IMG/VR virus record: IMGVR_UViG_3300027801_002650
Location: 16,840-80,839 of that record
Direction: 5' to 3' (one strand)
Length of the DNA stretch: 64,000 nt
From: a virus
Below the pieces are notes generated by a model that saw only the letters and a list, made by a program, of their open reading frames with translations, was not told the DNA's origin and did not search any database. Below are positions 58,036 through 64,000 of the stretch, in pieces; positions within the stretch are counted from its first letter, which is position 1, and each line of letters begins with the position of its first letter. The translations under genes were made by a program, and so were the position numbers.

Positions 58036-58264
58036 TGTGTTTTTCTTTCTGTATTTCTTTTAATTGTTCAAGTTCTTCTATGCTGTCGCGCAAAGAAGTT
58101 GCAGTTTCTTGAAGTAATTCTGCACTCTCCTGATGCATTTTCCAATGCTCAGGGTGAATCCAGTTATTTTCTTTGAAAGGTTTATCGTCTACGTCTTTGA
58201 GTGCTTGAGGGTATTCCCGCTCAACTGGCGTAGAGTTTATATTTCTTTCTGTTTCTTCTGACAT
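58028..58264 (-). CDS. small hypothetical protein with C-terminal coiled coil
   Basis: ORF bridging two large genes with overlaps at both ends; start likely at ATG 58264 or 58267. Confidence 0.55.
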   Translation of the reverse strand: MSEETERNINSTPVEREYPQALKDVDDKPFKENNWIHPEHWKMHQESAELLQETATSLRDSIEELEQLKEIQKEKHSG

Positions 58265-61208
58265 CATCGTAGATGAGGCCAAGATTCTTAATCGCATTGC
58301 TTGCCTGTTTGAGAGTTCCTATAGCATCACCAGTCAATACCTCTGAAAAGTTATACAGTTCTTCTGAATAACCTTGAGCAGACTGTCCGTGTCCTATAGG
58401 AAAGTTATCTGTGTTTGACGTTGGGTAACCTATACGATTATGGACTGAAAGTTTCCATTCGTCTGTTGCTTGTTTTAGCTGACTTATTGTATCATATAAA
58501 GTTGCCGTGTCATCAGCAAAGGTAAAGGTGAATCCATTTTTATTAGCAAGGGTGTTAGTAAAAGAACTCATTTGGTTCTTAAAATCAGTCTCCCATGCTC
58601 TTAAAATTACCATCTTATCAAATACAAATCTATAGATTGCCCTGTCTTGATCTATACTGGAATCACCAGCATAATGTCCATAGTTATACGTAGTAAGTCC
58701 AACTTTATTATTAGATGAACCAGGTCCCGATGTTTCAGTGTAATATAAATCCCAATGACCATCGGCATGTATATCATAAACAGTAGAACCACCTGCCGAT
58801 TCAACAAACTGTGCTTGTAAAATCCATCTGCCATAAAGTGTCTGCGCAGCTGCTTCAAAATCGTTACTATCAAAAACCTTCGCTAGACCATTCACCTCAC
58901 TTCTCCACTCTTCAGCATTCCAAAGAAGTTTATGCAAATAGTTTCCTGTTGCTACATTATTTACGTCAACCTCTGCGTCGACGACGTAGCTTCCTACGAC
59001 TTCCCAAACTCTTTCTCCATAGAAATTGGTCATCTTGATGTAGTAGGTTCCTGGCTCATGGGTGAATGTGGTCGGATAAGTTGTCCCATTAGTATTAATA
59101 ATCGTCTGCGAAATTGTATCAGTGTAATCATTATATGCTCCGTTGCCAATATTAAAATAAGGCAACTTCGTAGGACTTCCGCCTCCTGCTATTGCATCTC
59201 TTGTCCAAGCAGGTGTCGTGACCGTAGTTGTTCCTGGAGAGCCCCAAGACATATACGAGTTAACCAACGTAGTTCCGTTGTCATTATCAGGACTTGATAG
59301 AAATCTCATGTCTCCCGTGTTTGCCCCATTTAAATCGTACTTCAAATTTCTCAGCCTATCCAAGCCATGTTGAAGGGCATCATTTGCTGTAGAAGTTTTG
59401 ACGTTCTGTATATCAAGCAACTTAGAACCATTCGCGGGATCCGTGGCATATCCAGGCAACGTTAGGTGTGAAAATGTGTCTCCTGGATCTGCTGTGTTGT
59501 ATCCACCGAGAAGTGGGTTCGGTACATATCTCCATCTTGCTTCTGCGAAGACGCAAAACTCAACAGCACCTATTCCGTTGTTAATAGACTCATCCCAGTA
59601 AGCACTCGTGCCTGCGTAAGGAGCACTATCACGAGGAAAATCTTCTACGCCAGCAGGTTGAAATGGATTAAATTCAATGTACGGATATTGATCATCTGGT
59701 CTTCCTGGAGAACCAGCAGTTACATCATCAAAAAATTGTTCCTGTTCATTGCCGGACTTTTGAGTGTTAGATCTAAACTCATCAGGTCGAGTCGCTGCTA
59801 CAATAGACAACTCTGTATTCGCTGCCCATCCTAAAAATGGTAGGAACGAATCATTGTCCATTTTAGTAATTGACTGTGATGGCAGTCCATCCATGTGTCT
59901 GTTGTTTGCCACGAACCAATCAAAATTCATCTGTAGTCCACGACCTGTAATGATAGCAAGTAACCCTGTTGTATGAGCAGGATTAGCATCGTCGTGGTCA
60001 CGCCATCGTCTCAATGGCAGGGTCTTCCCGAATGTAGGTGGGTATATTTTTGTTACATCACCGACCACATAATTTTTTCCGTCTCTTGTATTTGCTGTTC
60101 CACCGATCGAACTATGATGTAATGTTAATTGTGCCGGAAACTCTGTTCCTTCGGCCACGGAATAACTTGATAGGTTCATAGTCCCGTATTGTTGTGACCA
60201 AGAATTTTGCTCATATCCAGCAATGGTATCGACAACTTCATCTGTGAGAATGGCACCAGCTTCAGTTACTGTCCAACGAAATTGCGAGTTAACAACCCCG
60301 ACAGATCCAAAAGCACCCGATGATAGACCCTGAACCTTATTCGATATTTCAAACCCTGTGTCTCCTCTTTCAATTTTTTCCCTACCAACAATATCAACTG
60401 TCATTGTAGTAGTATTGACTGCTGTGACTGAGTCAAGCACCATTGTCATATCACCACTCAAAATAGTTTCAGTGGTTGTGAATGTGGCATCATTTGAAAC
60501 TGAGTTGACCTTAATATTATGTATCAGTTCTGGCGCATAAATATCACAGACAGTAACTCCATTGTTAGACATGCGAAAATCAAATCTAGTATCGGTCGCA
60601 GAATCAGGTCCCAGATAATCTCCATCCTCTGGCTTAAATGCTATATCACCATTAATAAGATTTTGGGGTAAGTATGATGAAGGATCCACGAATACACTTA
60701 TATCCTCATCTATATTGAAAAACTTGTGAGTGTCATAGTCTTGGGCGAGGTAGTAATCTCCTACGTAGTTAGAGAATGTATTCCCGCTGATCACTGCTTT
60801 CGATCCTACGTTGTTACTTAGTTCAACTTCTGACGTGCCATCTAAGGTTACAAGAAGGACTGAAAACCTTGAGGTCGTAGACGGTGCTACATTAGAATAA
60901 GTAATAAAATCATTGAATGTTCCTAGTTCATATTGCATCGTCCAGAGAGGATCATATCCCATCAGTATAGTTCTCAAATCACCCAACTTTTTACATGTTG
61001 AATGTAAGTTCCCGGCACCATTGGCACCTGGGTGCATGAATGCTTTACCTGAAGTATGCCGATAATTATCCGTGTCCGGATCCATCATAACTTCACGTAT
61101 TGATTCAACATCCTTCAGTAGTCGAGTTCGTGTGGTGACTGCGTTTTGCGGTGCATCGATGAGAGACTGATCTGACTCCTGTGCACGTTCGTCTTTAATT
61201 GATCCCAT
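58221..61208 (-). CDS. large hypothetical, probably virion protein (995 aa)
   Basis: Long ORF in the baseplate cluster with T/G/N/D-rich beta-like core and helical termini; no family recognised. Confidence 0.7.
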   Translation of the reverse strand: MGSIKDERAQESDQSLIDAPQNAVTTRTRLLKDVESIREVMMDPDTDNYRHTSGKAFMHPGANGAGNLHSTCKKLGDLRTILMGYDPLWTMQYELGTFNDFITYSNVAPSTTSRFSVLLVTLDGTSEVELSNNVGSKAVISGNTFSNYVGDYYLAQDYDTHKFFNIDEDISVFVDPSSYLPQNLINGDIAFKPEDGDYLGPDSATDTRFDFRMSNNGVTVCDIYAPELIHNIKVNSVSNDATFTTTETILSGDMTMVLDSVTAVNTTTMTVDIVGREKIERGDTGFEISNKVQGLSSGAFGSVGVVNSQFRWTVTEAGAILTDEVVDTIAGYEQNSWSQQYGTMNLSSYSVAEGTEFPAQLTLHHSSIGGTANTRDGKNYVVGDVTKIYPPTFGKTLPLRRWRDHDDANPAHTTGLLAIITGRGLQMNFDWFVANNRHMDGLPSQSITKMDNDSFLPFLGWAANTELSIVAATRPDEFRSNTQKSGNEQEQFFDDVTAGSPGRPDDQYPYIEFNPFQPAGVEDFPRDSAPYAGTSAYWDESINNGIGAVEFCVFAEARWRYVPNPLLGGYNTADPGDTFSHLTLPGYATDPANGSKLLDIQNVKTSTANDALQHGLDRLRNLKYDLNGANTGDMRFLSSPDNDNGTTLVNSYMSWGSPGTTTVTTPAWTRDAIAGGGSPTKLPYFNIGNGAYNDYTDTISQTIINTNGTTYPTTFTHEPGTYYIKMTNFYGERVWEVVGSYVVDAEVDVNNVATGNYLHKLLWNAEEWRSEVNGLAKVFDSNDFEAAAQTLYGRWILQAQFVESAGGSTVYDIHADGHWDLYYTETSGPGSSNNKVGLTTYNYGHYAGDSSIDQDRAIYRFVFDKMVILRAWETDFKNQMSSFTNTLANKNGFTFTFADDTATLYDTISQLKQATDEWKLSVHNRIGYPTSNTDNFPIGHGQSAQGYSEELYNFSEVLTGDAIGTLKQASNAIKNLGLIYDDVRRNRKKYKLYAS

Positions 61209-61214
61209 AATATT

Positions 61215-61691
61215 TTATATTGGTGGTCCAGAAAATGGAATTGGGGGAGCACCAGGAATTACCCCAGTGATCACCGTAGTTGCACAATAAACATGTATCG
61301 CATTCGTCAATCCCATAATGAATAAAGATCCTGTTGGAACTGGTACTGCGAATACTGCTTCAAGTGATGATTGTAAAGATCCTATATTTGCTGCTGCCGG
61401 ACCTACCTGAAATGTAGTTTGGACAGACATCCATGCAGTATTTATTGCCGTTGCAACATTCATTGCGGCAATCGAACCTGCTGGAACTGGTACTGCCATC
61501 GATGTCTGTAACTGTGTAAGTCCAGCAGAAAAAGCAGGCATAGCTATGAAAGGCAATCCCATCATATTTTGTACGCCCAAGGCATACGTTTGAAATGCCA
61601 GCATAATCGTTTGTGCTGTTAACGAACCTGAGGGTGATGGAACATTTAGTGGTTGCAAACCACTTTGTAATGCAGAAGGCACTAGTGCCAT
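61215..61691 (-). CDS. hydrophobic A/P/G-rich protein (158 aa) directly downstream of gp5
   Basis: TAATG coupling to gp5; almost no charged residues; internal repeat AVPVP(A/T)GS. Confidence 0.7.
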   Translation of the reverse strand: MALVPSALQSGLQPLNVPSPSGSLTAQTIMLAFQTYALGVQNMMGLPFIAMPAFSAGLTQLQTSMAVPVPAGSIAAMNVATAINTAWMSVQTTFQVGPAAANIGSLQSSLEAVFAVPVPTGSLFIMGLTNAIHVYCATTVITGVIPGAPPIPFSGPPI

Positions 61692-63637
61692 TATCCTCCG
61701 AATATAACTTTTTTAGATAGCAGTGTCATAACTTTCGCTGCTGTCGTAGGTGGTCCTGTTGGTCCTGCTGGTGATAGATGTATATGTGCAGCATACTCAG
61801 TGGCAAACTGGTCACCAAGTACAGCAGGTGAAGCACCGACTCCACCGATAAATGCCATCTTAGAATCTATCAGCATCAGTTTAGCATTGATCATTGCCAT
61901 TGCTCCGTAATCAAGTATCGCCAACCCTGTTTTATGAAAGGTTGATAGTGTAGCAGTTGTATCTATAAACGTAGGTGTCTGCATCACAATAGCCTGTGTG
62001 GCAACAGGATTCAATTTAAAGAATGTCAATCCATTCATGTTTGTGGGCATATCAACCATATCTGGTATTGGCGCAGGTTTTACGATAAACTCAATAGCAC
62101 CAAGTTTCGGGTTTCCTGTATTCACCTTGAGGACGATGTTACCCATCATCGACTCTATCTCTTTTCCATTCCAGTCAGTGCCAGGAGTTCGGTTATTTCC
62201 TATAAACTCATTCGTATAGAACTCCTTGCTGTATCCACCTTTGATTAGAAATCCACCTTTAGGTGACCAGTTAATATTACCACTCGAGGAACCTGATATA
62301 TCAGAAGCACCTGAGAATAAAATATTCCTGGTATTTAAATAAAACTGACCGATTGTATTTTTAGGTTTATCTGGATCAGGTACAGCAGACCAAAGCAATT
62401 TACCATTCGGGCCAGTTATTGAATACTGATCTGCCTGCGTTCCAAAAAACTTATCACCCTTCATCATTATACCTTTAGAGTTCAACACGGTAAATCCACC
62501 AATATTCATGTGCATGTTACCCGAGGTTGTTTCCATATTAATCTCTGCAGACCCAGTTCCCTTAATAACGACCTCTGACCCCGTAGCATTTAAATGAATA
62601 CCTTGACCCGTTATCGCTTTGAACCCTACCACTCCTTCGTACGAGTTACTGGAGGTTGTCTCAAATCTATCGCCGTGTGTTCGTTCGATTCGTATGCCTG
62701 TTGGGCCAAACTCTGTAAACGTACCTGTGCGATGTTGCCACAAAAGTCTCTCTGCCTGTGGCGTATCATCTCTTTCTATTAAGTGGCCTGATTCCGTCTC
62801 TATTACGTGATTGTAAGGGTAACGTGCTTTGTAGAACTGAGGTGGTTCTTGGAAACTGTTGGGTAAATTTTTACCCATTTGACTTTGTGATTTTGCCAAC
62901 TCAAACTGCCCGAGTACCTTTCGCCCACCTTCACGGAAGTACACCTGAGACTTTTCTACGTTTGATCCATCTGATAATTTCTTTGATTCAAACTCATCCT
63001 GTCTAAACGCATGAGAACCACGTATATCATCATACCCAAGTGCCGTCCTTGGAATCGTGGGCATTTGGATAAGTCGTTTACTGGGATAAGGTGTCGGATC
63101 AAGTTCCCATATTTTGAATGTATTATTCTTCAACGTGACTGTCCCAGCAGCATCTACTGCTTGACCCTTTTGGGCAAAGACAAATGACCCAGGTCGACGA
63201 GGGATAGATCCTTCTATATCAGGTTGTCCTGTCTTGTTATTCTTTGCGAAAGCACCATTCTCTGCACTTAGTTCGTACATTGACGAGACGTTACGCCAAC
63301 GATTGTCCATGAATGGGCCACCTTTTTTATCGCCACCCTTCTTAGGAATACCAGGGAGAGTTCCCATCATTACAGGTTCCTGGCCATCTGATCCATCTCT
63401 AAAGAATCCAACACAGTGAGTTCCTTCTACGGGACCTGTTGGAGACCAACCTACACCTGTTTGAGATGCTGAGTTAATTGGGGACATCGGAATCGCCCAC
63501 GGCAACATTTCTGTTGGCATTTTAACCATGTCGGGGGAATGGTATCCCATAATACGAACCTGACAGCGACCCAACTTCATAGGATCGTGCCGATTTTCAA
63601 CTACTCCTGTCCACCAATTCCATTCAGGATACATCAT
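61691..63637 (-). CDS. gp5: baseplate central spike gp5-like (OB-fold plus beta-helix, no lysozyme domain recognised)
   Basis: WWTGVVENRHDPMKLGRCQVRIMGYH, LPWA, GFFRDG...QEPVMMG, YPYNHVIETESGHLIERDDTP, HRTGTF; C-terminal HIHLSPAGPTGPP. Confidence 0.9.
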   Translation of the reverse strand: MMYPEWNWWTGVVENRHDPMKLGRCQVRIMGYHSPDMVKMPTEMLPWAIPMSPINSASQTGVGWSPTGPVEGTHCVGFFRDGSDGQEPVMMGTLPGIPKKGGDKKGGPFMDNRWRNVSSMYELSAENGAFAKNNKTGQPDIEGSIPRRPGSFVFAQKGQAVDAAGTVTLKNNTFKIWELDPTPYPSKRLIQMPTIPRTALGYDDIRGSHAFRQDEFESKKLSDGSNVEKSQVYFREGGRKVLGQFELAKSQSQMGKNLPNSFQEPPQFYKARYPYNHVIETESGHLIERDDTPQAERLLWQHRTGTFTEFGPTGIRIERTHGDRFETTSSNSYEGVVGFKAITGQGIHLNATGSEVVIKGTGSAEINMETTSGNMHMNIGGFTVLNSKGIMMKGDKFFGTQADQYSITGPNGKLLWSAVPDPDKPKNTIGQFYLNTRNILFSGASDISGSSSGNINWSPKGGFLIKGGYSKEFYTNEFIGNNRTPGTDWNGKEIESMMGNIVLKVNTGNPKLGAIEFIVKPAPIPDMVDMPTNMNGLTFFKLNPVATQAIVMQTPTFIDTTATLSTFHKTGLAILDYGAMAMINAKLMLIDSKMAFIGGVGASPAVLGDQFATEYAAHIHLSPAGPTGPPTTAAKVMTLLSKKVIFGG

Positions 63638-63999
63638 TAAAATACCTTTTTCTTGTTGTTAGCATCAGCAAGTTTCTGTGCACTTGATTGTTGTTCTTTG
63701 ACACGAGGACCCGAAGGTGGTTTTGATTGTTCAGCAGCATAAGAAAATATCTTGTACACCATTGGATCTACCCCTGTCTCATCACTAGCAATATTCTTTG
63801 CTCTACCAGGAACTGAACTTGGAGTAAATGATTCGTTAGCAGACAATGGTTTTAGTGTGACAGGATGAAGTTGTTGCATTGTGTTGGGTTCTTCAATAAT
63901 TCGATTCAGAGATAGGTCATAGGAATCCTTCGAACACTCCAACTTCATTTTATAATCCCCTTTGTAAAACTGGTGATGTATTCGAGTAACCAAATATCC
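63637..63999 (-). CDS. 3' end of a probable baseplate hub/tail protein (runs off the window edge)
   Basis: Frame is open to the edge: GYLVTRIHHQF...YKMKLECSKDS resembles the C-terminal motif of hub proteins that precede gp5. Confidence 0.6.
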   Translation of the reverse strand, partial: GYLVTRIHHQFYKGDYKMKLECSKDSYDLSLNRIIEEPNTMQQLHPVTLKPLSANESFTPSSVPGRAKNIASDETGVDPMVYKIFSYAAEQSKPPSGPRVKEQQSSAQKLADANNKKKVF

Positions 64000-64000
64000 A

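Noticed and set aside
1-64000. Stop-codon reassignment, introns, inteins, tRNAs or mobile elements
   Set aside because: Genes tile the window under the standard code, with TAA, TAG and TGA all used as stops. There is no gap large enough for RNA genes, and no homing endonuclease, intein or transposase motif was recognised.

Overview
A 64-kb piece of a large, AT-rich T4-like myovirus genome, made of two convergent blocks. (1) 1-24,662, + strand: one tightly overlapping run of 29 ORFs that looks like a biosynthetic/modification island. It holds 14 radical SAM (rSAM) enzymes in three recognisable sub-families. It also holds an ANL adenylate-forming enzyme, a 2OG-Fe(II) oxygenase-like protein, an amidinotransferase-fold protein with altered catalytic residues, an SGNH-like protein, a stand-alone QueC-like PP-loop ATPase, a PLP-dependent enzyme, two methyltransferase-like proteins and three GT-A glycosyltransferase-like proteins. 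(2) 24,607-64,000, - strand: the baseplate/fibre module, in the order hub (partial), gp5, four unknown genes, gp25, gp6, a 3,545-aa gp7, gp8, a DUF4815/VrlC-like protein, two repeat-rich fibres and two smaller ORFs. The best candidate for an undescribed system is the rSAM island. One testable idea is that it modifies the adjacent virion proteins, which appear enriched in an [A/S]-N-T tripeptide. All family calls come from motif recognition by eye; no searches were run. No tRNA, rRNA, CRISPR array, integrase or transposase was seen.
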